From the NCBI GenBank assembly GCA_947176485.1, contig CAMWQS010000001.1, forward strand, positions 1 to 55,551: a stretch of DNA of 55,551 nt, in the 5' to 3' direction. The stretch comes from an uncultured Clostridia bacterium (GTDB taxonomy: Bacteria; Bacillota; Clostridia; Christensenellales; Borkfalkiaceae). The notes under the pieces were generated by a model. It was given only the letters and a program-made list of their open reading frames with translations, was not told the DNA's origin and did no database searches. The stretch's first letter is position 1, and each line of letters begins with the position of its first letter. The position numbers and the translations under genes are program-made. This document shows, piece by piece, positions 17,194 through 27,024 of this stretch.

Positions 17194-17326
17194 CCGCAAA
17201 ATGCGGGCGGTGAATAGTGGTGGTAAAATCGCAGCCTTATGTGCAGAAGGCGGCAAAACAAAATTCAAAGAAGCAACCCCTTTACCTATATATAATAGGC
17301 GCGGGGGAGCAAGCGAGGTATGAATT

Positions 17327-20300
17327 ATGAAAAAATTCAAAAACTGTAAGCTTAGTATAATCATTATACTTATAGCGACGCTTTGCGTGAGCGCGGCAAT
17401 AGCTATATTCGGGCTTTCAGCAAACAAGGGAACGGGGGCAGGCAATTCGTCCGCGGAAATTACCGCGCCCGAAAAGTCGGCGTCCTCGGCAATTGCAAAC
17501 GGTGAAGAAACCGCAAGCGGAAACATATCGGCGCCGAAGCTTGACGCTAAGGCGACGGGGGTGACCGTAAATTCGGGCACGACGGCTTCCGCAATGGCAA
17601 CCGCTTGGAACAACGCCGTAACCCAAAGCAGTTCAAGTAACGAGGTTACTTTCGTTCTGCAAGCCAACTGGACGGCGCCCGCCTCGGGCAGTTCGACGTC
17701 TTTCGGTACGGGCACGGGGTTCAGCAGCGGCGCGTTGTGCGTTCCTGCGGGTAAAAAGATTGTATTGGATTTAGCTGGCCATACCCTAAACCGCGGACTT
17801 TCCTCAAAATCCGCTGTGGCTGGCGGAGGCGTTATTAGCGTTTATGACAGTACTCTTACGATAACCGATTCAGTAGGCGGCGGTAAAATTACCGGCGGCA
17901 ATACCACCGGCGATGGCGGCGGTATAACTATTTCGACCTCTAACTATTCGGTTGGTAGCAACGTGTACCTAAACGGCGGTGCAATAACGGACAACAAAGC
18001 AAAAGACGGTGGCGGCGTTTATTCTGGTGGTTATACCAACTTTTGTATGTACGGCGGTGAAATTTCTTACAACACGGCAACGAGCAAGGGCGGCGGCATT
18101 AGATGGGGCGACCCTACCGGTGCCGAAGTAAACGGTGGTAAAATTACTCATAACACTGCGGGCGCGCAAGGCGGCGGCATTTATTCGTCTTATTTCATAA
18201 ATAGCGGCATCAACAACGCAGAAATTTCATATAATACGTCTTCGGGTTTGGGTTCGGGTGTTTATTCCGAATACCCTGCGACGTATAACAACGCTAAAAT
18301 TATCAATAACACCGGCGGCGTTGGTATATATGGCGGAAATAATGGACCTATCACTTTAACCAACACTGAAGTTATCAATAATACCGGCACTTCAAGCGAT
18401 ACGGTTGCGGGTGTATATTCTTCGGCGGCTTCAAGCACTGACACCGTGGTGATAAGAATTGCGGGTTATACAAAAATATACGATAATAAGAAGAGCGGGG
18501 CGCAGTCTAACCTCTATCTTCCTACAGGTAAAACTATAGGAGTGGTCGGCGCATTAGCAATCGAATCAAATAAAGCAAGAATAGGCGTAACCCACCAAAC
18601 GGACGTCTGCACGCTGACTAGTGGTTTTGGCCTTTCGGGGAATAGTAATGCAACCACGTATTTCTTCTCGGATAAAGGTAAAACGATAAGTACGTCAAAC
18701 GGCGAAGTATGTACTACTGCAACGGCTGTTACGCTGGCTTCGCTTACATGGCAGTACCGTATAGGCAGCGATGGGGCTTGGTCAACTGTTACCGGTGGCA
18801 ACTTTTCAAAGGAATACTCTGGTAAGCAGTTCTATGTTCGCGCACTGAATTCTGCGAACAGCACCGTTACTACTTATGGTGGTACCTCTATAAAAACACC
18901 TGGCGATTACCTTGTATACGTTTCTACGGGTGCTGCTCAGTATATAAACAGTAGTTTTACCTTCACGGTAACGAAGAAAACGTTAGACGTGGTTTGGTCG
19001 GGCGCAACCTTGACGTATAACGGTACTATGCAGTACCCCACGCCGGGCTTATCCGGACTAGTTTCCGGCGACGACGTAAAGTTAAATGTAGATACGACTT
19101 CGGCGGGAATCAATGCTGGTAGCGGATACAAAGTAACGGTAACCGGAGCTTCCGGCGCAGATATGGGCAATTATAAGCTTGGAAGCGAAACTTACAGCAA
19201 GACGTATTCTATAGAAAAGGCGTCAATCACAAGCGCAACCGTAACGTTTGCGGTGACTAATTATACTTACAACGGTTCTGCGCAAACGCCCACACCTACG
19301 GTAAAGTTGGGCACCAAAACGCTTACGCCCGGCACGGACTATACGGTTGCGTACACAAACAACACGAATGCGGGCACCGCAACTGCAACGATAACTGGCG
19401 CGGGTAACTACAAGGACACGGCAACCGCAAAGGGCAGCTTCACTATCGACCCTAAGACGATTACCGGTTCGTTCTTAACGCTTAGCGGTACTTCCGCAAC
19501 TTACACGGGCAGTGCAATTACTTCTATAACTGCAACGGTTAAGGACGGCACCACTACGCTGAACACTACGAGCCATTATTCCGTTGCTTATACCAACAAT
19601 ACTAACGTGGGTTCGGCAACGATAACCGTAACGGGTAAAGGCAACTATACCGGCACGGCTTCTAAGGACTTTACCATAACCGCAAAGGCGCTTACAAACA
19701 GTAACGCAACCGTAACCTTGGGAACGACTACGTACACCTACGACGGCAGTGCTAAAACCCCTTCCGTATCGTCGGTAGTTACGGGTTCTTTGACGGTGCC
19801 TTCAAGCAGTTATGCAATTGCGTACAGCAACAACGTAAACGCAAGCACGAGCGCAACGGTAACGCTTACTTTAAGCGGAAACTATTCGGGTACGTTAACT
19901 AAGACGTTCACCATAAACAAGGCGGCAATTGGAACCGCAACCGTAGCGTTTGCGGTAACGCATTATACTTACACGGGTTCGGCGATTTCTCCCGCAGCTA
20001 CGGTAACTTTAAGTAGTAAAACGCTAGCACCGACTACGGATTACACCATTGCGTATACGGGCAACACGAACGCCGGTACCGCAACTGCAACGGTAACTGG
20101 CACCGGTAACTATTCCGGTACTGCAACGGGCAGCTTCACTATCGACCCTAAGACTATTACCGGTTCGTTCTTGACGCTTAGCGGAACTACTGCAACTTAC
20201 ACCGGCAGTGCAATTACTTCTATAACTGCAACGGTTAAGGACGGCACGACTACGCTGAACACGACCAATCACTACACGGTTGCTTATACCAACAATACGA

Positions 20301-23300
20301 ACGTCGGTTCGGCAACGATAACGGTAACCGGTAAGGGCAACTATACCGGTTCGGTTTCAAAGGACTTTACGATAACCCCGCTTGCACTTACAAGTGCCAA
20401 CGCAACCGTAAATTTGGGAACGACGTCGTACACCTACGACGGCAGCTTAAAAACCCCTACCGTATCTTCGGTAGTTACGGGTTCTTTGACGGTGCCCTCA
20501 AGCAGCTATGCGATTGCGTACAGCAACAACTTAAACGCAAGCACGAGCGCAACCGTAACCATTACGCTCAGCGGAAACTATTCCGGAACGTTAACCAAGA
20601 CGTTCACTATTGATAAAGCTCCTATCACGAATGCAACCGTATCGTTCGGTGTTACGAATTATACTTATACGGGCGCGGCGATTTCGCCCGTAGCTATGGT
20701 AACCATAAGCAGCAAAAACCTTGCTCAAGGCACGGATTACATGATTGCTTATACCAACAATACGAACGCCGGTACGGCAACCGTAACCGTAACGGGCACG
20801 GGCAACTACTCGGGCACGAAAACTGGCAGCTTTACCATAGATAAGAGGCAAATCTTCGTTACGGGCATAAGCGTAGCGGATAAGGCTTACGACGGCACGA
20901 AGACTGCTACCGTAGATATGTCCAAAGTAAAGATTCTCGGCATCGTTGACGCAGATAAAACCAAGTTAGGTCTTGCTTTTACCGCGGGCACCGAGTTTGA
21001 CGGCGCGTCGGTAGGATTCCATTCGGTAGCAATCACGGGCGTAACGCTTACGGGCGACGCTGCGGGTAACTACGTTTTGAATTCTGACGAGTTAACGGGT
21101 TACGCGACCATTCACCCCGCAACGATAACTATTTCGGGCGTGGTTGCAAACGACAAGACTTACGACGGCACGACTTCCGCTACGTTCAATAAGGACGGCG
21201 CGACCATAACGGGCGCGGTTAGCGGCGAAGTTTCAAGCCTTCTTCAAAACCTTATTATAAACGGCTATTTTGACAGCAAGAACGCGGGCGACGGCGTAGC
21301 GGTAAGCGTAAGCGGCTACGTGCTCGGCGGCGACTATGCGGGCAACTACGTCGTTGACTTAGAGAACAGCGCAACCAGCCTTACCGCGAATATCGCAAAG
21401 GCGCAGGTTGAGGTTACGCTTGGCAAAGCCGAGTACACCATAACCTACGGCAACGCGCTTAAAATTACTTATACGCAGAACAGCCCCGTCAAGAGCGAAG
21501 GTATCGGGCTTACGCTCGAATTCTACGACGAACACGGCAACACCAAGCTTGACGGCGTGCCTACGGATGCGGGCAAATACCTCGTGAAGGTAGCGGTAGA
21601 CGCCGACGACGTAAACGTTGGCAACTACACGATTAAGACTACGGGCGAAGGAATAATTTCCCAAGCAACCGTAACGATTGAAAAGGCAACCCTTACCGTA
21701 ACGGTTGAGGACCTTGAAATCGAGTACGGCGACGAGAAGCCCGCAGACGACGATTATACGCTTATCTTCAACGGCTGGCTTAACGGCGACAAGGCGGCGT
21801 TTGAGGACGGAGATATTACCTTTATTAAAGATATAGTTATCTCCACCGACTACGCTAAGGGCGACGATGCGGACGCATACGATATAACCCTTTCGGAAGG
21901 CGAGCTTAAAAACTACGAGCTTACCTTCGTTGACGGCGTGCTTTGGGTAATGCCCAAGAAAGTAACCGTAATAATCGACGACAAGTCCGTCGTATACGGC
22001 GAGGACGAGGCTGAACTTACCTCTAACGGCACCGAGGATATGCAGATAACCCTTGAAAGGGAAGAAGGCGCGAACGTAGGCAAGTACGTAATTTCGGGCG
22101 ACTGGGATAACGACAACTACGACGTCACCTTCATTAACGGTTTGTACGAAATTACGAAAGCTAAGCTTACCGTAACGGCTAAACCCAAGAGCATAACCTA
22201 CGGCGACGTTGCTGCAAACGACGGCGTAACCTATACGGGCTTTGCTGACGGCGAGGACGAAAACGTACTTGGCGGCGAGCTTGGGTACAGATACACGTAC
22301 ACGCAGTACGGCAATATTTACGAGGATGGCACCAATAACGCCATTGCTTACTATATTATCCCTTACGGCTATACTTCTTCCAACTACGAAATAGAGTACG
22401 TCAACGGACTCTTAACCGTAAACAAGAAGGCGGCAACCGTAACCTTAACCAACGCGGCAAGCGACATCACGAGCGTACCCGCAGACAGAGAAGTTGCGGC
22501 ACAGAAGATGAAGTACGCCGTAAACGGCACCGTTAACGGAGACGACCTTATTATAATTCTTTCGATAGCCGAAAACGGCGAAAACGGAGCTTACACGGTA
22601 CCTTGGTGCGCGGTCGGCGTGTACAAAGTAACGGGTACTGCGGGCAACTCGAACTATAACGTAACGTTCGTATACGAAGGCGGCTTAACTTACGGTACTT
22701 ACACGGTAACGCAGGGCACGCTTATCGTTACGGCAAATACTCTTATAATCGGCTACGGCGACGTCGTAGCGTTCCCCGCTGATTTGGACGAAGCGGTAAC
22801 GGCAGAGGGCTTGCCTGCGGGCTCGACCCTTAAAGAACTCGTTCAAAGCGGCGTAATTTCGGGCACGCTCACGATAGTTCCCTACGGCGACGAAAAGTAC
22901 GATGAATATGCGACGATGGGCTCGGCTTACCAGCTTGGCGGCGACATCTTCGACGCGTCCGGCAACAGAATAAGCTACATAATAATTCCCACCGGACTTT
23001 CTTCGGCAAGTTACAACATTATCTTCAAACCCGGCAAACTTATGATTGAGCCCAAGTCGATAGTCGTAACACTTGACAACAAATCAAGCGTATACGGAGA
23101 GGCGTTGAAAGAACTTACGGCATCGGCAGAGGGACTTGTAAACTACGACCCCGAAGAAAAGTCGGTGGTTGAGTTCCTCGGTATAACGGGGCTTGTAAAG
23201 GCTGATGGCAGTGATGCGGGCAGCTACGCTATAACCGCAACCGGCAGCGACAATAAGAACTACCGCGTAACCTTCGCTTACGGCGTATACACCATTGAGC

Positions 23301-26300
23301 AGTATGAAGTAACGCTTGATTGGGAAATTGAAGAAAAGTATACCTATAACGGTACAGAGCAAGCGCCTGTGGCGAAGTTTGAAATGCCCGACGGCACGGT
23401 TTACAAGAGCACCGATACGACGGATAAATATATAGAAGTAAACGGCGGCGGCACTAACGCCGGTGATTACAAGGCGCAAGCGTTGCTTCTTAACTCCAAC
23501 TTGAAATTCAAGGCGGATACGGAAACGGAGCAGAGCTTCACGATTGAGAAGAAACAGCTTATCGTAACTTGGTATGCGGACAAAGACGATATCGGCAACG
23601 AAGACAAGGCAGTTGCACCTAATTCTTCGCCTATCGAGTACGAGTACAAGACGCGCCATCCTTACGCGCCCGTAGTCAAGCTTGAAGGCATTGAAGAAGT
23701 GGACGAGAGTGAAGACTTCTACTATATCAGCGGCGAGCAGACCGCAGTAAGTTTAAGTCCTTACGAGGCGGTATTGCATATTCTTAACGCAAACTATTGC
23801 GTTGCACAAGACGATATGAAGATATTCTTCGTAATCGTAAAGAGCGCACCCGACGAATTCGCTTGGTACGAGGACGCAGATTTTGCAACGCAAATATCCA
23901 GCCTTAAAAAGTATACCTACAACGGCGGCGTTCAACACCCCGTAGCAAAAGCTTTGGGCGACGAAGAATTCGTTTACGTTATATACCTGATTACCGGAGA
24001 CACGGAAAAGAAGGTAATTTCCACGATAGACGTGGGCAGCTACAAGATTGTGGCAACGCCCGTAAACAGCAACTTGCAGTTAACCGAAACCCAGGCAACG
24101 TTCTATTTCGACATCGTTGCAATGGAAGTAAGCGTTAACTGGAGCGCGAAGACCTTCGAATACAACGGCTTAGAGCAAGTACCTACTGCGTACTATATCG
24201 ACGCGCTTGGTCAGAAGGTAAACCTTACGGTAAACGGCGATAAGGGCGTGGACGCGAACGGAGAAGACGAAAGCTACTCTATAAGCGTAACGCTGGAGAA
24301 CGGCAACTACGTATTCATCGTTGACGGTGAAGCTACGGATACTATCGAAACTACCTACACCATAACCGCAAAGAACATAACGGTTAAGTGGGAATCGAAG
24401 ATTGACGAAGCCGGCAACTGGACTATGGTTTACAACGGTACGGTCGTTAACTCTGACGAAGAACACAAAGACTTAACGGCTACCGCAACGATGATAAACG
24501 CGGTAGAGAACGTCGGGCTTAAAATGACCGTAATGTATCAAGCGAACGAGAACGACACTCCCGTAGAGGTAAGCGAAATTCACGACGCTGGCATCTATAC
24601 GCTTTGCGTCGGGCTGGCTGAAAACTCGCCCAACTATAACGTTGTGGACGCAGAGAAGATTTTCACCATTCAAAAGAAACAGCTTACCGTGTCTGCGGTC
24701 AACAAGGAAGTAAACACCGGTGCGGTTGCACCCGCGCTTACGGCAACCTACGAAGGCTTTGTGGAAAACGAAAGCGCGGCAAGCCTTGGGCTTGACGAAA
24801 GCAAGTGGCTTACCACGAACTATAACTTAAACAGCCCTTATATAGACGAAAACGAATATACTAAGGACGGCGATATAGAAAAGCTCGTAACCCTTGCGGA
24901 CGTTACCGCAGGCGGATACAAAGGTTACTTCATAGTACTTACTGACAGCGAAGCAAGGCTTGAAGAATTAAACGGACTTCTTCATAACTACGACTGGAGC
25001 TTCAATTACGGCAGAATGATTATAATTGCCGTAAACGGCGACGTAAGCATTATCCTTACGCAGTCGTATAACGGTGAGGACCAGCTTCCCGCGGCTAAGT
25101 ATAAGTCGGGCAACAACTGGATTGACCTTAAAGTAGAAGTATACACCGACGGAACTTATACCGAAAAGGTTGAAAACCCCGAGGTTAAGAACGTAGGCGA
25201 GTACTACGTACTGTTGAAGAAGTACAGCGAGGACAACGTAACGCTTGAAGGAGCAGAAGCAGACGGCAGTGTGAAGAAAGTCTTCAACATCATTGCCCGC
25301 GAAATAGAAGTAAAGATTATAGATAAGAGCGTAGTATACGGCGAGCTCACCGAAGATAACGTGGAAGAATTGCTTGCAAGCGCATGGGAGTACGCTTCCA
25401 AAGACGCATTGCGCCGTCCCCTTGAACAAGACGAAGATGCGATAGGTATTAATCTTATAGCAGAGTTTGACTTCGTAGGCGGATACGCAACCGTAAACGC
25501 ATACACGCTGACGGGCGAGTGGAGCGAAGACGAAACCCTCCGCAAAAACTACAACGTGGTATTCGTTGGAAGCAACGGTGATAAGGGCGAACTCAAAGTA
25601 ACTGAAGCTGAAATAACCTTCACGGCAACCTTAACGGAAGGGGTTAACCAGATTCTCGAAACGGATAAAGCTAACGGCAACTACCTAATTGGACTTTATT
25701 CGAGAAAGGACGGCAAGTACGAGCATATCGATATTGCCGGCAATCAGGAAGCAGCAGTAAAAATTTACTACTCTAACATCTACGACCGTTCGGTATACGA
25801 ACTTACGGATAACCTTCCTCAAGACGAGGATGACGCGGCGTGGAGAGAAATGCCTTTGTGCAGCATGCCCGTAGCGGCAGACGGAAGCTACTACGTGAAC
25901 TTCAAAGTAGAAGTAGCTAACCACAAGACCTATTACGGACAGTGGACTGTAGAGGTAATAGCGGGTAAGGCGTACGTAAGAATTATTTTCAGCGACAAGC
26001 AATTTACCACTACTTACGGCGACGAAGTGCTCAACGGTACCGATTTGGCGGCAAAGCTTTATAACGAAGGTTACGTAAGCTGCCTTGATTTGACCGAAGA
26101 CACGTTCCGTGAGAACGTAGAAAACGGCAACCTTACCGCAAAACTGCTTGCAGACGGCGATATTACCGTAGGCAGTTACGCAATCGTGTTCGAGGGTATT
26201 GAAAAGATTAATCCCGACTGGATTATAACCTACAAGCATGACGTAAACGCAAATGACGATACGGCTACCAATATCGGAAGATACGTCGTAACGCAGCGCA

Positions 26301-26791
26301 ATATTACGTTAAGCTGGGATAAGACTTCGTTCGTTTACGACGGCGAGGCGCATATGCCTACTCCCACGATAGCTGGCTGGAAGCTTCTTACGTCCGTACA
26401 GAACGGCACGGTAACCGTTTACACCTTCGAAAACGAAATAAGCGGCGTAACCCTTAACCTTACCGTTAAAACGAACGGCGGCGACTTCACGAGCGTCGGC
26501 AGTGAAAATATCGTAATTGCCGAAATCGAAGACGTAAACTACGCGCTGGATTCGTTAAATGCAACTCGTGCGGTATCCATTATCGGTGAAAGCACCCCGG
26601 CACCCGTTGACCCTGTAGACCCCATTAACTATATCGTACAGAACGGTATACCCGAATGGGTGGCATGGCTAATAGGAGCCGTTGCGGCGATAGCGCTGGT
26701 AGCAATTATCGTTCTGGCGGTAAAAAGCAGCAAGGTTAAGTCCTTAGCTGACGATGACGGCTTCTACGACGATATCGACGAAAATTCTTAA
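17327..26791 (+). CDS. Giant cell-surface protein (3154 aa): N-terminal signal/anchor, beta-helix (Pmp-like GGxI repeats), many Ig-like, YDG-like and MBG-like repeats, C-terminal TM anchor
   Basis: Signal-like N-terminus KLSIIIILIATLCVSAAIAIFG. Repeated GGG(V/I).. and GGAIT motifs. Repeated YTYNGSAQTP..YTVAYTNNTNAGTATATITG modules. DKAYDGT/DKTYDGT modules and ITYGD..YTGF..GD modules. C-terminal hydrophobic helix WLIGAVAAIALVAIIVLAV followed by an acidic tail. SD GGGGGAGCAAGCGAGG lies upstream. Confidence 0.85.
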   Translation: MKKFKNCKLSIIIILIATLCVSAAIAIFGLSANKGTGAGNSSAEITAPEKSASSAIANGEETASGNISAPKLDAKATGVTVNSGTTASAMATAWNNAVTQSSSSNEVTFVLQANWTAPASGSSTSFGTGTGFSSGALCVPAGKKIVLDLAGHTLNRGLSSKSAVAGGGVISVYDSTLTITDSVGGGKITGGNTTGDGGGITISTSNYSVGSNVYLNGGAITDNKAKDGGGVYSGGYTNFCMYGGEISYNTATSKGGGIRWGDPTGAEVNGGKITHNTAGAQGGGIYSSYFINSGINNAEISYNTSSGLGSGVYSEYPATYNNAKIINNTGGVGIYGGNNGPITLTNTEVINNTGTSSDTVAGVYSSAASSTDTVVIRIAGYTKIYDNKKSGAQSNLYLPTGKTIGVVGALAIESNKARIGVTHQTDVCTLTSGFGLSGNSNATTYFFSDKGKTISTSNGEVCTTATAVTLASLTWQYRIGSDGAWSTVTGGNFSKEYSGKQFYVRALNSANSTVTTYGGTSIKTPGDYLVYVSTGAAQYINSSFTFTVTKKTLDVVWSGATLTYNGTMQYPTPGLSGLVSGDDVKLNVDTTSAGINAGSGYKVTVTGASGADMGNYKLGSETYSKTYSIEKASITSATVTFAVTNYTYNGSAQTPTPTVKLGTKTLTPGTDYTVAYTNNTNAGTATATITGAGNYKDTATAKGSFTIDPKTITGSFLTLSGTSATYTGSAITSITATVKDGTTTLNTTSHYSVAYTNNTNVGSATITVTGKGNYTGTASKDFTITAKALTNSNATVTLGTTTYTYDGSAKTPSVSSVVTGSLTVPSSSYAIAYSNNVNASTSATVTLTLSGNYSGTLTKTFTINKAAIGTATVAFAVTHYTYTGSAISPAATVTLSSKTLAPTTDYTIAYTGNTNAGTATATVTGTGNYSGTATGSFTIDPKTITGSFLTLSGTTATYTGSAITSITATVKDGTTTLNTTNHYTVAYTNNTNVGSATITVTGKGNYTGSVSKDFTITPLALTSANATVNLGTTSYTYDGSLKTPTVSSVVTGSLTVPSSSYAIAYSNNLNASTSATVTITLSGNYSGTLTKTFTIDKAPITNATVSFGVTNYTYTGAAISPVAMVTISSKNLAQGTDYMIAYTNNTNAGTATVTVTGTGNYSGTKTGSFTIDKRQIFVTGISVADKAYDGTKTATVDMSKVKILGIVDADKTKLGLAFTAGTEFDGASVGFHSVAITGVTLTGDAAGNYVLNSDELTGYATIHPATITISGVVANDKTYDGTTSATFNKDGATITGAVSGEVSSLLQNLIINGYFDSKNAGDGVAVSVSGYVLGGDYAGNYVVDLENSATSLTANIAKAQVEVTLGKAEYTITYGNALKITYTQNSPVKSEGIGLTLEFYDEHGNTKLDGVPTDAGKYLVKVAVDADDVNVGNYTIKTTGEGIISQATVTIEKATLTVTVEDLEIEYGDEKPADDDYTLIFNGWLNGDKAAFEDGDITFIKDIVISTDYAKGDDADAYDITLSEGELKNYELTFVDGVLWVMPKKVTVIIDDKSVVYGEDEAELTSNGTEDMQITLEREEGANVGKYVISGDWDNDNYDVTFINGLYEITKAKLTVTAKPKSITYGDVAANDGVTYTGFADGEDENVLGGELGYRYTYTQYGNIYEDGTNNAIAYYIIPYGYTSSNYEIEYVNGLLTVNKKAATVTLTNAASDITSVPADREVAAQKMKYAVNGTVNGDDLIIILSIAENGENGAYTVPWCAVGVYKVTGTAGNSNYNVTFVYEGGLTYGTYTVTQGTLIVTANTLIIGYGDVVAFPADLDEAVTAEGLPAGSTLKELVQSGVISGTLTIVPYGDEKYDEYATMGSAYQLGGDIFDASGNRISYIIIPTGLSSASYNIIFKPGKLMIEPKSIVVTLDNKSSVYGEALKELTASAEGLVNYDPEEKSVVEFLGITGLVKADGSDAGSYAITATGSDNKNYRVTFAYGVYTIEQYEVTLDWEIEEKYTYNGTEQAPVAKFEMPDGTVYKSTDTTDKYIEVNGGGTNAGDYKAQALLLNSNLKFKADTETEQSFTIEKKQLIVTWYADKDDIGNEDKAVAPNSSPIEYEYKTRHPYAPVVKLEGIEEVDESEDFYYISGEQTAVSLSPYEAVLHILNANYCVAQDDMKIFFVIVKSAPDEFAWYEDADFATQISSLKKYTYNGGVQHPVAKALGDEEFVYVIYLITGDTEKKVISTIDVGSYKIVATPVNSNLQLTETQATFYFDIVAMEVSVNWSAKTFEYNGLEQVPTAYYIDALGQKVNLTVNGDKGVDANGEDESYSISVTLENGNYVFIVDGEATDTIETTYTITAKNITVKWESKIDEAGNWTMVYNGTVVNSDEEHKDLTATATMINAVENVGLKMTVMYQANENDTPVEVSEIHDAGIYTLCVGLAENSPNYNVVDAEKIFTIQKKQLTVSAVNKEVNTGAVAPALTATYEGFVENESAASLGLDESKWLTTNYNLNSPYIDENEYTKDGDIEKLVTLADVTAGGYKGYFIVLTDSEARLEELNGLLHNYDWSFNYGRMIIIAVNGDVSIILTQSYNGEDQLPAAKYKSGNNWIDLKVEVYTDGTYTEKVENPEVKNVGEYYVLLKKYSEDNVTLEGAEADGSVKKVFNIIAREIEVKIIDKSVVYGELTEDNVEELLASAWEYASKDALRRPLEQDEDAIGINLIAEFDFVGGYATVNAYTLTGEWSEDETLRKNYNVVFVGSNGDKGELKVTEAEITFTATLTEGVNQILETDKANGNYLIGLYSRKDGKYEHIDIAGNQEAAVKIYYSNIYDRSVYELTDNLPQDEDDAAWREMPLCSMPVAADGSYYVNFKVEVANHKTYYGQWTVEVIAGKAYVRIIFSDKQFTTTYGDEVLNGTDLAAKLYNEGYVSCLDLTEDTFRENVENGNLTAKLLADGDITVGSYAIVFEGIEKINPDWIITYKHDVNANDDTATNIGRYVVTQRNITLSWDKTSFVYDGEAHMPTPTIAGWKLLTSVQNGTVTVYTFENEISGVTLNLTVKTNGGDFTSVGSENIVIAEIEDVNYALDSLNATRAVSIIGESTPAPVDPVDPINYIVQNGIPEWVAWLIGAVAAIALVAIIVLAVKSSKVKSLADDDGFYDDIDENS
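19217..20850 (+). repeat. Tandem 702-nt (234-aa, three Ig-like modules) cassette, about 2.3 copies, inside the giant CDS
   Basis: Equivalent positions recur at 19217, 19919 and about 20616. Long stretches are near-identical, for example CACTATCGACCCTAAGAC.ATTACCGGTTCGTTCTT at 19440 and 20137. Confidence 0.85.
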
Positions 26792-26806
26792 TTTACTCCA
26801 ACGAAA

Positions 26807-26838
26807 AAGGCGTGCGGCTTTAAGCTGCGCGCCTTTTA
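26807..26838 (+). terminator. Terminator after the giant gene
   Basis: 12-bp stem (with two G-U pairs) AAGGCGTGCGGC/GCTGCGCGCCTT, loop TTTAA, then TTTT. Confidence 0.7.
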
Positions 26839-26915
26839 GTTTGACTGAACAACGGATGGTTAAGCGGAAAGCTTGTTAAAAATTTTCATATTATTTTACA
26901 AATTTACACGCGAAA

Positions 26916-26957
26916 ATTGTTTAATTTTGTATTTAAATATTGTTTTATTTTGTAATT
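26916..26957 (+). promoter_or_regulatory. Two 19-nt direct repeats upstream of the hydrogenase operon
   Basis: ATTGTTTAATTTTGTATTT (26916) and ATTGTTTTATTTTGTAATT (26939). They are 17/19 identical with a 23-nt period, just upstream of the -10. Confidence 0.4.
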
Positions 26958-26963
26958 AATTAA

Positions 26964-26972
26964 TGATATAAT
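26964..26972 (+). promoter_or_regulatory. Extended -10 element of the hydCBA promoter
   Basis: TGATATAAT. Only a weak -35. AGGAG SD at about 27013. Confidence 0.45.
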
Positions 26973-27024
26973 AACATTGATTAAGTATTATTTTATCAAT
27001 TCGCAATTATTTAGGAGTGAGATA

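Noticed and set aside
17046-17326. c-di-GMP or other known riboswitch in the leader of the adhesin-like gene
   Set aside because: I could not find the conserved cores I remember for GEMM-I, c-di-GMP-II or other common classes. Only a generic terminator hairpin is evident. This needs a covariance-model scan.
19217-20850. Near-identical repeats in the giant gene as template/variable repeats of a diversity-generating retroelement
   Set aside because: Differences between copies are scattered, mostly synonymous third-position changes rather than adenine-specific. No reverse transcriptase gene is in the window.
26873-26891. Rex operator upstream of hydC
   Set aside because: TTGTTAAAAATTTTCATAT matches only one half-site well and needs a non-canonical spacer, so it is too weak to call as a feature.
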